A stretch of DNA of 64,000 bases from NCBI RefSeq assembly GCF_006345805.1, contig NC_043006.1, forward strand, positions 23,684,001 through 23,748,000, given 5' to 3'. Shown here in pieces: positions 52,396 to 64,000 of the stretch. Every line of letters begins with the position of its first letter. Position 1 is the stretch's first letter. Below the pieces are notes generated by a model. It ran no database searches and had not been told where the DNA came from. It saw only the letters and a program-made list of their open reading frames with translations. The stretch comes from Octopus sinensis. Lineage: Eukaryota. The position numbers were made by a program, and so were the translations under genes.

Positions 52396-54181
52396 AGTTG
52401 GAGGAGGTTGGGTATGGCTATGTGATTAAGAAATCCGCTTCAAAACCATATGGATCTGGGTTTAGTCACACTGCACGGCACATTGGGCACGAGTTTTCTA
52501 TTATAGGCCCATGCCAAACATTGCCATATGAGTGGATCTGGTTGACCGAAACTAAAACAAGCCCATTGTGCAGCTATCACCCTCATCCTAATGTATGCAG
52601 GTGTTTGTGCCATCATGTGTGTTTGTCTGTGTCCCTCTGTTTTCACATTGTACACTAATCGTAAACAAGTGTAACTGACATACAAGCAGTGTTGTTCAAT
52701 GGCACATAAAAAGCACCATCCAAACATGGCTGATGGCAGCACTGCCTTGACTGGCTTCCGTGCCGGTGCATGTAAAAAACACGAACTGATCATGGTCGTT
52801 GACAGCCTCCTCCAGCCTCTGTGCCAGTGGCACATAAAAAGCATCCACTACACTCTCAGAGTGGTTGGCATTAGGAAGGGCATTCAGCTGTAGAAACACT
52901 GCCAGATCAGACTGGAGCCTGGTGCAGCCTCCTGGATTCCCAGACTCCAGTCGAACCGTCCAAACAATGCCAGCATGGAAAAAGGATCTTAAACAATGAT
53001 GATGATTAAATTTAATTTACTTTGATTCTACCATGAATTTCCATCATTTTTATATCTCTGTACGAAACGATCGTCTGCATAAATTAAAATTCTCTTATAT
53101 ATTTTAGCAGCTCTTCTCCATTTTTAACTAAATTGTTAAGTTTTATGGGGTTTCTTTCTATAAATTCACAACACATAATATATATACACACATATAGTTT
53201 TCACTTCTACCATTTTTGAAATCAGAATGTGTTTTCAATAGTTCTTCTTATAAGTTGAAGAGGTGGGTTGAGACTAACTCTAGTAAGAGACACTAACGAG
53301 AATTAAGATGATCCACATCAAAATTTGAAATCAGGTGATATGGCTCTATCTGTGACCACAGGGAGCTTTGCTCCCTTGTCAGCTTACTAAGATAGTACTT
53401 TTGAGGCTAATGAGTCATTTTGACTCTTATTTCTAGCAATGCTGGTACCCCTTTGTACCCTCTGTTACTTTACTGACATCTATAAATTTGCCTTTAGGTT
53501 GATAAATTGCTAATAAGCCACCCACGTACTTTATATATGTGTGTGTGTGAGTGTGTGTGCTGTTCACATTGGAAGAACTAGGGAAACTATCGCCAGGTTC
53601 AGAAGTAGGTGAGTGTTGGTGACAGAAAGGGCATCCAGCTGGCGAACATCTGCTTCAATAGAGCATGGAAAAGTGAACTTGATGATGATGATGATGATAT
53701 ATTTTACATCTGCTTTTCCTTGCTATGATGAGATCAATCCAAGTACTTATTAGGTCTGGTACTTACTCCATTGGTCTGTTTTGCTGACATAAATGAACCA
53801 ACAAGTTGTCAAGCAGTGGGGAAGAAAACAAACACCAACACACACACAGGTATGGTTCAAAATGGTACAAAAAAAAAAAAAGACAGAGACAGGTGAGGAA
53901 ATAAACAAAATTAGTTTGACATTCAGGACAAACAGAAGAGTCTTTATACACACACATGCACAATGGACTTCACAGTTTGTTTGCCAGAGTCACTCACAAG
54001 GCATCAGAAGGCCCAGGGCTTTAGTAGAAGACACTTTCCAAAGGTGCCGCACAGGAGAACTGAACCCAAAAGCACATGGCCTGAAATTTGGTGGGTGGGG
54101 GCCAGCTGATTAGATCGACCCCAGTACGCAACTGATACTTAATTTATCAACCCCGAAAGGATGAAAGGCAAAGTCAACCTC

Positions 54182-54212
<31 letters not shown>

Positions 54213-54700
54213 GTTTCAAATTTGGCACAAAACAGCATTCAAGGGGAGGGAGACGTCAATTACATTTACCCTATTATTTGACTGGCACCTATTTCACTGA
54301 CCCCAAAAAGGATGAGAGGCAAAGCCAACCTCAGCAGAATTTGAACTCATGACGTAAAGACAGATGAAATACTAAGCATTTCGTTCAGCATGCTAACAAC
54401 TCTGCCAGTCCACCACCTAATAATAATAATAATAATAATCCTTTCTACAAAAGGCACAAGGGCTGAAATTTAAAAGGAGGGGCCTAGTCAATTATATTGA
54501 CCCTAGTGTTTCACTGCTACTTAATTTATTGATTCTAAATGGATGACCCCCTGGTGGAATTTGAACTCAAAACGTCAGGGCAGTCGAAATTTTACTAAGC
54601 ATTTTGCCCAGCACACTAACAATTCTGCCAGCTCTTGACAAGTATTAATTAATATTGGTAATACTTTTTTAAAAATTAAAAATAAGCAGATAATAGCCTG

Positions 54701-54796
54701 AGAAGAAGAAGAAGAAGAAGAAGAAGAGAAGAAGAAGAAGAAGAAGAAGAAGAAGAAGAAGAAGAAGAAGAAGAAGAAGAAGAAGAAGAAGAAGAA
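54701..54796 (+). repeat. (GAA)n microsatellite, about 31 units with one interruption
   Basis: Seen directly. Confidence 0.95.
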
Positions 54797-55820
54797 TTAC
54801 TCAGAGCACCCCCCTTCCTATACCACCCACCCACCAACTCAGAGCTCTACTCCTTTACACACATCACCATATTGGTGGATAATGCATCATTGTCACCACC
54901 ACTAAGCTCACACTGACTGGACTAACCACAGGGTAATACATCTCAAGTTGACTCGGAAGGAGTGGTGGTGGTGGTGGTGGAAGGAGGGGAAGGATAGCAT
55001 TACAATCAATATACAAGAATCAAAAACAGAGAGGAAAGGCAGTGGATGATGAAAGAGAGGGTGGTGGTAGTCATCATAAAATAACAGCTGATGATGACTA
55101 ACAGGCCAGATGGCCAGTACTTTGCTCCTTCTCACACCACCACCATCACCACCATTGCTACTACTACTACTACTACGATGATAGATGTGGGGAGCCGATT
55201 TGGGTGTGTAGAACGAAAAATAAAACACACAATCACACACACATATACATATATATATATAGATAGATAGATAGATAGATATAGAGCCTGGTACAGCCTT
55301 CTGGCTCACCAATCCTCAGTCAAACCCATCCAACCCATGCCAGCATGAAAAGTGGACATTAAACAACAATGATGATGATATAGGAGTGGCTGTGTGGTAA
55401 GTAGCTTGCTAATCAACCACATGGTTCCGGGTTCAGTCCCACTGCTTGGCACCTTGGGCAAGTGTCTTCTACTATAGCCTCGGGCTGACCAGAGGCTTGT
55501 GAGTGGATTTGGTAGACGGAAACTGAAAGAAGCCCATCGTATATATGTATATATATATGTGTGTGTGAGTTTGTCCCTCCAACATTGCTTGACAACTGAT
55601 GGTGGTGTGTTTACGTCCCTGTAACTTAGCGGTTCGGCAAAAGAGACTGATAGAATAAGTACTAGGCTTACAAAGAATAAGTCCTGGGGTCGATTTGCTC
55701 GACTAAAGGTGGTGCTCCAGCATGGCCGCAGTCAAATGACTGAAACAAGTAAAAGAGAGTAAAGAGTATATAACTCTTAACTCAATTCTGTCGGTCACAA
55801 ATGACCATGGGTGCACCTAA

Positions 55821-56263
55821 GAGGTTCCCCAGATCTTTTCGGTTTGAATGGCAGTTTTTAACATAATTTCTAGGTAACTAAAAAATTTTAAACTTCGTAT
55901 ACTAGTAGTATGTGTTTATAAAACATCTTTTTCTCTTGGCTTTATTGAGAAAATTCTATGGTTTGTAAGATATTTGTTGTTGCTTTTTTTCTTCAATTTC
56001 TGCAATTTCAACCAATCAATGACGTCTATTGAGTTAAAAAGTATTCTGTGCCGTATGAATATGTCCCTCATTTAAGAAACAGATTGGTTTTATTTACATT
56101 TGTGAAGAAAAAAAGATACCTTCCCCTCCACCCCTAACCTAAGTAACCCTAAAACAGATTGAAATGCAATAGATCAATACTAGGGTCATAATTATGGGTG
56201 ACAATTTCATATGACACCGCTAGAAAAAACAGCTGTTCAAACCGAAAAGATCAGGTTCCCCTC
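55821..56263. mobile_element. 443 bp MITE inserted at the 3' part of a family D SINE
   Basis: TIR GAGGTTCCCCAGATCTTTTCGGTTTGAA / TTCAAACCGAAAAGATCAGGTTCCCCTC; SINE-D body follows at about 56270-56572 on the minus strand. Confidence 0.75.
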
Positions 56264-57284
56264 CAGGGTACAAGTCTGGGTGGAAAGTCGCCTCACCAGC
56301 AAACACACAACCTGGGGCTATTTTTATGAAGACCAGCATCGCCCATGCATACCAGTCTCCCCTGTACATGCCACTGATGTTATCCAAGGGAAAGGTAAAG
56401 GCCGATATAGCTTGGCACCAGTGATGTCGCAACTCATTTCTACAGCTGAGTGAACTGGCGCAACATGAAATAAAGTGTCTTGCTTAAGAACACAACACGC
56501 AGCCTGGTTTGAGAATCAAACTCACAACCTCATGATCATAAGCTTGACGCTCTAACCACTGAGCCATGCGCCTATTTGTCTATATGGATTTGGTTTGTGC
56601 TGACTATCTTCTACCTCCGATGGCACGGGATCAGGATGCAAGAGGAAGGTAAATAGCATTTATTGGATTGTTGTGCTGAGGATCGGAATGAGCTCTTTAT
56701 AATTCTAACCCAGAAACGAGTCCACAACTGACCGAAGACTGTTTGATTTCATTATTTTTCCTTCTTTTTGCATATGTGAGTTACAAGTAAATGTTATATG
56801 TGGAGCTATATTTGTAGTAAATAGGAATAAGCGGGTTTTGACTGCTATTTCTAAATTTTCGGTATGTGGCTAAGCAACTTGTTGCTTAACCCTATTTATT
56901 TATATATATATATATTCTTTTATTTGTGTCAGTCATTTGACTGCAGCCATGCTGGAGCACCGCCTTTAGTTGAACAAATCGACCCCTTGACTTATTCTTT
57001 GTAAGCCTAGTACTTATTCTATCAGTCTCTTTAGCCAAACTGCTAAGTTATAGGCACACCAGCATTGGTTGTCAAGCAATGGGGCGGGACAAACACAGAC
57101 AAACAAACATATATATATATATATATAACGGGCTTCCTTCAGTTTCCATCTACCAAATCCACTCACAAGACTTTGGTCAGCCCGAGGCTACAGTAGAAGA
57201 CATCTGCCCAAGGTGCCACACACTGGGACTGAACCCAGAACCATGTGGTTGGTAAGCAAGCTACTAACTACACAGCCACTCCTG

Positions 57285-57326
<42 letters not shown>

Positions 57327-58885
57327 TACATGGGGGAAAGTACTCGGATTTAGTTGGTTTGGCTGCCAGCATCAATTCCTGTTTGAATTGATTTCATATT
57401 CAGTGTATTGATACACTTTTATAGGCTAATGAATGACATTAAAATCATTTTTGCTGCAAATTAATAAATAGTTATTAGCAATTAAAGTTTGAAAATTTTG
57501 GGAATTTTAGCCATTCATAAGCCTGTTTCCATAGTGAGAACTCTTTTGTCAGCAAGAAAGCATGTGTTGACAAATATATTCTACAAGATGCCAGGTGTGT
57601 TAAAGCTGTGTTCTGTTGCTTGTACCCTGGTCATGAAATATGCTTAAAATAATAGCTAAATAGGCCTTAAGTGACACCCTACTGCCATCATTTCAAAAAT
57701 TGCATAATTCTATGAATTCCCATATGTAGATTACAAATTCACAAAAATTTTATGAAAATTCCAAATTTTAAAAAAGTTATGAAGAGTTATATGTGGTACA
57801 TTAAGCAGAATTTGATTTGTTAACAGTTTCATATAAAAACACATGCTATTTTCAGAATGTCAACAACACATATTATTTTCAGAATGTTGACAACACATGC
57901 AGTCACACACAGACAACTTCCAAATCCTGTTTCCTGACTGGGTGAAAATGATCAAACTTTAAACCTCTAGCTTTTTAAAAACAATTTTCAGGAAAAAGTG
58001 AAATAATTCCAGCAATTCAGCTTGGAAAAGTATATTAATGTACCAAATTTTAAAACTTTTAATACACTTTAATTTTTGAAATGCTGCCCGTCAAACCAAC
58101 TAGACCCAAGTACTCAATAAATATACTCATTACATACACACACACACACAAAGTGGGCCTCTTTTAGTTTCTGCCTACCAAATCCTCTCACAAAACTTTG
58201 GTCCTTGGTTGGCCCAGGGCTATAGTGAGAGACACTTGCCAAAGTTGCCAATCTGTGTGACTGAACCTAAAAACATGGATGGGGAGCAAAACACCTTAAC
58301 CATACAGTCACGTCAGTGCCCATGGATATATAAATACACACACACACACACACGTGTGTATATGTATGTATGTATGTTTGTGTGAGTGTGTGTGTGCATG
58401 TGTATATATATTTTTTTTTTTTTCGTCTATTTAGGCAATTTAATGACTTCAAAACAAAGATGACAATTTTTCAGAATCTAAAATGTCAAAAGTTATTAGA
58501 AGTAATAATGTCTCAAATTAGTCCTTTTTAAGCCAAAATATTCTCACATCAAAATCTTAGAATAATTTTTAAAATGTCAGAATCTAGGCAGAGATGAAAA
58601 GATAAACTTTTTCTTTAATCAAACCCGTAACACTTTTTCCCAAGAAATAATAATAATAATGATGATTTCAAATTTTTGCCACAAGGGCAGCTTGGGGGAG
58701 GAAATTAAGTTGATTATATCGACCCCAGTGTATAACTGGTACTTATTTAATCAATACCGAAAGGATGAAAGGCAAATTCGACCTCGGTGCAATTTGAAAT
58801 CAAAACATAGTAGCAGATGAAATACTGCTAAGCATTTCGCCCGGCATGCTAACCACCATAATAATAATAATAATAATAATAATAA

Positions 58886-59439
58886 TGCCCTGATGCAGTA
58901 CCAGGCAGTGGCTCTTGTGGCTTCTCAGCTTAACTGATTGGAAGTGTTATCATGTACATTGTTTTGTCTTGGTATAAAAGATGGGCTACAGCAAATATTC
59001 TGCTCAATACCACAGATTTGCTTGTCAGTTGTTTGACCTTAACCAGTTGAGCATGTCCCTTAGTGGCTGACGATATGTGCATCTCTGATCATGAACAGAA
59101 GTAGTGGGGGAGCATCATAGCCATGTGTTGAGAGGAATTCATTGGGATTTCGATAATTCACCTCTGGAAACATGGGTGTTTCGTTCAACATCCTTAAACA
59201 ACCCTTATTCAGGGACCTTTTGAGCTAAATGGGTTACTCGACCAGAAGAAATTCTAACTGGGCCCCACCTGCAAGGTCATGTGCTGTTCATCTTGATATG
59301 AGATCACCATGTCGCGCACATATGGTTGTGATGCATGTGCCTAGTGTACCCTTATCAGACGGACAGTCATGATGAGTATACTGGGTTTCGTATATTTTAC
59401 CCTAGTGTCACTTTGATGGCATGCACTGCTCTCTCACTC
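58886..59439. mobile_element. ~550 bp dispersed repeat embedded in (AAT)n, copy 2
   Basis: Matches 34779-35322. Confidence 0.8.
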
Positions 59440-59460
59440 AATAATAATAATAATAATAAT

Positions 59461-60068
59461 CTTTTTTTCTTGGCCACGAGGGCTGAACACAAAACAAAAA
59501 GGTAATACAAAAACAAAAGAACAAGTGGGGTTTAACATAAACAAACATGTAAATAATAAAACTAACAATAAACAAAATTTAAACAATAAAAAAACCACAA
59601 AAGACGGAGTCCGGCCCAAAAGCAACTAAGGAACTCTACACATCCTGGTCACCCCAACCACCAAGGGCACCCCAGGCAGGCACCCATCTCTCCTCCTTCT
59701 CATCCCATCCAATCTACAAATGTATGTTCAGAGATCAGGTCCAATCACAGGGAGCCATCCTTATCACATTCACCCACCTATCAACAAAAATACCGAGGAG
59801 CAGCACTTCCCTCATGGCCAACCACTTTCCTCTTCAAGTGGAACTCGAAAAAGTTGATGAGGGCTTGGCCAAAGAGTAAAGTGTCTCACTTCAATCCTTT
59901 CAACCTCACCAACCATACCACCTCCTTTGCCATAGCCACCAAACAGAGAAAAACTGCCTGTCCTTCCCTAAAAGAAGATAATGGGGAAATCCTCATAAAA
60001 GACCCGGTTAATATCCAGATCTGTCCTCCATACGTCAAAAGCTGTTTGACAAAGGACCGGCAACGTCT
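59461..60068 (-). mobile_element. 5'-truncated L1/Tx1-like LINE 3' end (ORF2 C-terminus and 3' UTR)
   Basis: Minus frame FLCLVAMAKEVVWLVRLKGLK*DTLLFGQALINFFEFHLKRK followed by a U-rich UTR and an A/(ATT)n tail; clade assignment is inference. Confidence 0.6.
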
Positions 60069-60147
60069 GGTGTTTCTTTTTGTTTTTATTACTGGATGGA
60101 GGGAAGAATTCTTATCATTAGCTGAAGAGAGAAAGAGAAATACTTAC

Positions 60148-60234
60148 TTGGATACCAACATTGGTTGTCGAGATGCAGGGTTCTTCTTTGGCATCAGGGC
60201 TTTCCATTTCCTTCTTCAGACATTCGACTTCCAA
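60148..60234 (-). CDS. AKAP9/PCNT: Exon 2 (87 nt, phase 0 to 0): LEVECLKKEMESPDAKEEPCISTTNVGIQ
   Basis: Acceptor tattccag, donor CAA|gtaagt; continues EIRHQ in frame; not in the ORF track. Confidence 0.8.
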
Positions 60235-61626
60235 CTGGAATATCAAAATACACAAATACATGTTTTAATCATTAACACAAGGTCAGAAATTTGGATTCGG
60301 TTATTTATATTGATGCCAAAAGAAGGAAAGACAAAGCTAACAGCAGCAGGATTTGATCTCAGAGAATGAAGAGACACATCAAATTCCACAGAATATTTTG
60401 TTCTATGATCATCATCATCATTTAACGTCCATTGTCCAAGCTGGCATGGGTTGGATGGTTTGACCAGGGCTGGCAAGCTGGAAGGCTGCACCAGACTCCA
60501 ATCTGATTTGGCATGGTTTCTATGGCTGGACGCCCTTCCTAACGCCATCCAATCATAGAGTGTCACAAGTGCTTTTACATGCCACTGGCACAGGTGCCAT
60601 TTGGATGACATTGGGGTGTATTTATGTGCCACCAGCACGGGTGCCAATTTGCATAACACCGGTATCTGCCAACACCAGTCTAAACAAAAAAGGATCAAAG
60701 GTCCTTCCCAAGTCACAGGCTAATAAAGCTGGTTTCCCAGATTCTGTGGTGTGTATATCACCCAACCCCTGGATAGGATACAAATCCATCCTAGGATTAC
60801 TCACTTTTGCTAGCAGAGTGGACTGGAACAAGTGTTTTGTTTGAGAACACAACACATCACCAGATCCAGGAATTGAAACCAGTCTTATAATCAGGAGTCC
60901 AGTACCCCTAACCCCTTAGCCATACACCTCCATCCTATGCTCGGAGAACTCTATTAATTTAGACACACCTGTTCATAATCCCCAACACAAACATCACCAA
61001 AATCCAGAAATTTTGTATCTTTTACTCGTTTCAGTCATTGGACTGCAGCCAACTGGGGAACCACCTTCAAGGAATTTTAATCAAATAAATCAACCCCAGT
61101 ACTTTGGGGCGTTTTTTAAGCCCGGTACTTAGCGATTCTTTTGCTGAGCTGCTAAGTTACATGGGTATAAAGATACCAAAACTGGTTGTCAAGAGGTGGT
61201 AGGGGACAAACACACATATGCACACACCCAGGCACACACACACAACAACGGGCTTCTTTCAGTTTCCTTCTACCAAATCCACTCACAAGGCTTTGGTCGG
61301 CTTGAGGCTATAGCAGAAGACACTTGCCCAAGGTGCCATGCAATGGGACTGAACTTGGAAGCATGTGGCTGGGAAGCAAGCTTCCTACCGCACAGTCATG
61401 CTTGCACCTATGTACAATTCCCAGACTAGACCATGTCCTAAGGATCAACCCACACTCACCTAATATCCAGGAGTAGCTCTGCGGTAAGTAGCTTGCTTAC
61501 CAACCACATGGTTCTGGGTTCAGTCCCACTGCGTGGCACCTTGGGCAAGTGTCTTCTACTATAGCCTCGGGCCAACCAAAGCCTTGTGAGTGGATTTGGT
61601 AGACGGAAACTGAAAGAAGCCTGTCG

Positions 61627-61670
<44 letters not shown>

Positions 61671-62003
61671 GTGTGTGTGTGTGTTTGTGTGTCTGTGTTT
61701 GTCCTCCCAACATCGCTTGACAACCGATGCTGTTGTGTTTACGTCCCCATAACTTAGTGGTTCGGCAAAAGAGACTGATAGAATAAGTACTAGGCTTACA
61801 AAGAATAAGTCCCGGGGTCGATTTGCTCGACTAAAGGCGGTGCTCTAGCATGGCCACAGTCAAAATGACTGAAACAAGTAAGTAAAAAGAGTAAATATAC
61901 AAGCCTTCAAATGTAGGCCTCAAGAGGTCATCAGTGATATAACAAGTGTCCAGACATTCCCATCAACAAGCCTCAGACCAAAGTCTCAAGTATCACTTCT
62001 TAC

Positions 62004-62233
62004 CTGATGTCTTATCTCCAACTCTTCAATTTTGACCTGAAATTGTCTCTCCAACTCTTCAATGTTCATTTGATGCTTCTTGTTTAGATTGTCCATCATC
62101 TTTGAGTGTTTGCTGCTAAGTTGCTCTCGGACTTGTTCCAGTTCTGCTTGGTGAGCTTCATCCAGTTCTGACTTTATCGCATCGGAATGTATGACCATTG
62201 CAGACAGCTGGTCATCATGGTTTTCAGTCAGGT
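62004..62233 (-). CDS. AKAP9/PCNT: Pericentrin/AKAP9-like gene, internal exon 1 of 9 in window (230 nt, phase 1 to 0): (D)LTENHDDQLSAM...IEELEIRHQ
   Basis: Acceptor tatttcag, donor CAG|gtaaga; E/Q/L-rich coiled-coil; phase fits the next exon. Confidence 0.85.
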
Positions 62234-62394
62234 CTGAAATATACATCACATACGAAATAAGGATCATAAGATTACTAGTACATGCGTACACACACATACA
62301 CACACACACATGGGTTCCTTGATATGTTGCGCAAACTTTGTAGACAAAAAGGCATATCCACACAGTGTAATTTTTGTTTCCAGTTCTCCATTAA

Positions 62395-62859
62395 CCCTTT
62401 TGTTAACACATTCTAGTTGAGATGCTCTGTGTTTCTTTCAATTGATTTTAAATATAACAAAGAATTTAATAAAATAACTTAGTTATCATTAAGCTAGTGT
62501 TAGGAACATAAATTGTGACTAAGGTTTGATGGAAGATTTTAATTTAAAACTTATGAAAACAAGACATTTGTACTACAGAGCCAGAGGCGGTTTCAGCTGG
62601 GTTAGTATTGAAAGGGTTAAATTAATCATTTGTTAACCTTTTTTGTTACCATATTTCAGTTGAGATGTTCTGTGTTTCTTACAATTGATTTTAAATATAA
62701 TAACGAATTTAGTAAAATAACTTAATTATCATTAAGCTAGTGTTAGGAACATAAATTGTGATTAAGGTTTGGTGGATGATTTTAATTCAAAACTTATAAA
62801 AACAAGACATTTGTACTACAGTACCAGCAGTGGTTTCAACCAGGTTGGTATCAAAAGGG
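62395..62859 (+). mobile_element. Two tandem piggyBac-type MITEs (62395-62616 and 62637-62859)
   Basis: Each TTAA|CC(C)TTT..AAAGGG|TTAA; same family as 17528 and 18886. Confidence 0.85.
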
Positions 62860-64000
62860 TTAAATATGTTCGGATTATTTGTGATTTGATGTGCTCAGAG
62901 ATTCCTATTCCATGTGGAGACTTGTTTCCAAGTAGGAATTGGTAACAAGAAAGACAGCTTTTCTGCAACAAACTCCATCTGACCCATTCAAACATGGGAA
63001 AGTAGACAATATGATGAAGACAGTTTCTAATCATCATCATTTTTAATATTCATTTGTCCATCCTTGTATAGGTCAGATCGAATTTGTTGATGGAGGATTT
63101 TCTATAGCTGGGTGTCCTTCCTGTTGCCAACCCTCACCTATTTTCAGGCAAGGTGGTGACATCCACCACTACCACCCCATAATGTGAGGCATGGATTTCA
63201 CAGAAGACCCAAAACGAACAGCACCACTTGTATGACAGTGATGCTCATTTACAAGAATCACATGACGTTAAGACAAGCTGGCATCGGCTGGTCAGTTTGA
63301 AGGAACTGGCAAGCCAGAAGACTGCACCAAGCTCTAATGTCTACTTTGGCATGGTTTCCATGGCTGGATGCCTTTCCTAATGTCGACCACTTCAATGAGT
63401 GTACTGGGTGCCTTTTACACGGCACCAGCGCTAGTGAGAGGGCTGACTTTATAACAAGGGATGAAAAATTCACCCTTCAGTATTTAAACTGGCCATATCC
63501 GACCAGAATATTCTACTTGCTTTATGTTCAAACTGACCGGCTCTGGCCTCTCATACCTACCCTACAATGTCATCCTAAAAATAAGCAATCACATTGTAGA
63601 AATCTCAAATCTTTGAGATAATGCAGGTTAACCCCATAACACTGGTTGACGTAAATTTACGTGTGCTGTGTACTCACTTTGAATCAGATGATGCAAATAA
63701 ACACAGCCCTATCTGCTGTGGCTTTACACCTGTTTGCCAACTGGTTGCTATAAATATCCACTATTACTCACAGAATCCATAACAGAGGCCACCATGCAAA
63801 TTTCAAAGAATCTGATAGGTTTGTTAGACTCTTCATGTAAATATTTCCAACTCAGTTCGAGACTTCATCACCATAATAGTATAAAAGCAGCAGTTTTGGT
63901 GGTTACCCCACCATTTCCACTATGAATTCCTATCAAATTCATACACATTTAGCAAATTCTTCTGGTCCTTCATGGAATTTACAGTCGCATCCAGCCATGC

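Noticed and set aside
59854-60369. 171 aa plus-strand ORF
   Set aside because: Antisense to the LINE remnant and to host exon 2

Overview
Eukaryotic, AT-rich, microsatellite- and SINE-saturated DNA, most likely an octopus-like cephalopod (inferred from repeat content, not from a database search). The only well-supported gene is an internal part of a minus-strand, large-intron pericentrin/AKAP9-family coiled-coil gene. Nine GT-AG exons (62233 to 21288) chain in compatible phases into about 518 stop-free codons; start, stop and PACT domain lie outside the window or were not found. The rest is intron filled with tRNA-headed SINEs (about four families), TTAA-flanked and TA-flanked MITEs, a Tc1/mariner-derived fold-back, an L1/Tx1-like LINE 3' fragment and long simple repeats. 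Almost all ORFs in the supplied track are artefacts of these repeats. The most notable signal is a set of unrelated fold-back elements that each carry a minimal type I hammerhead ribozyme motif with a palindromic stem III. The best is a ~525 bp head-to-head palindrome of a tRNA-headed, hammerhead-bearing unit inserted with a 15 bp target-site duplication (19218-19772). No rRNA, true tRNA gene or CRISPR array is supported. Interspersed-repeat boundaries are read by eye and approximate.
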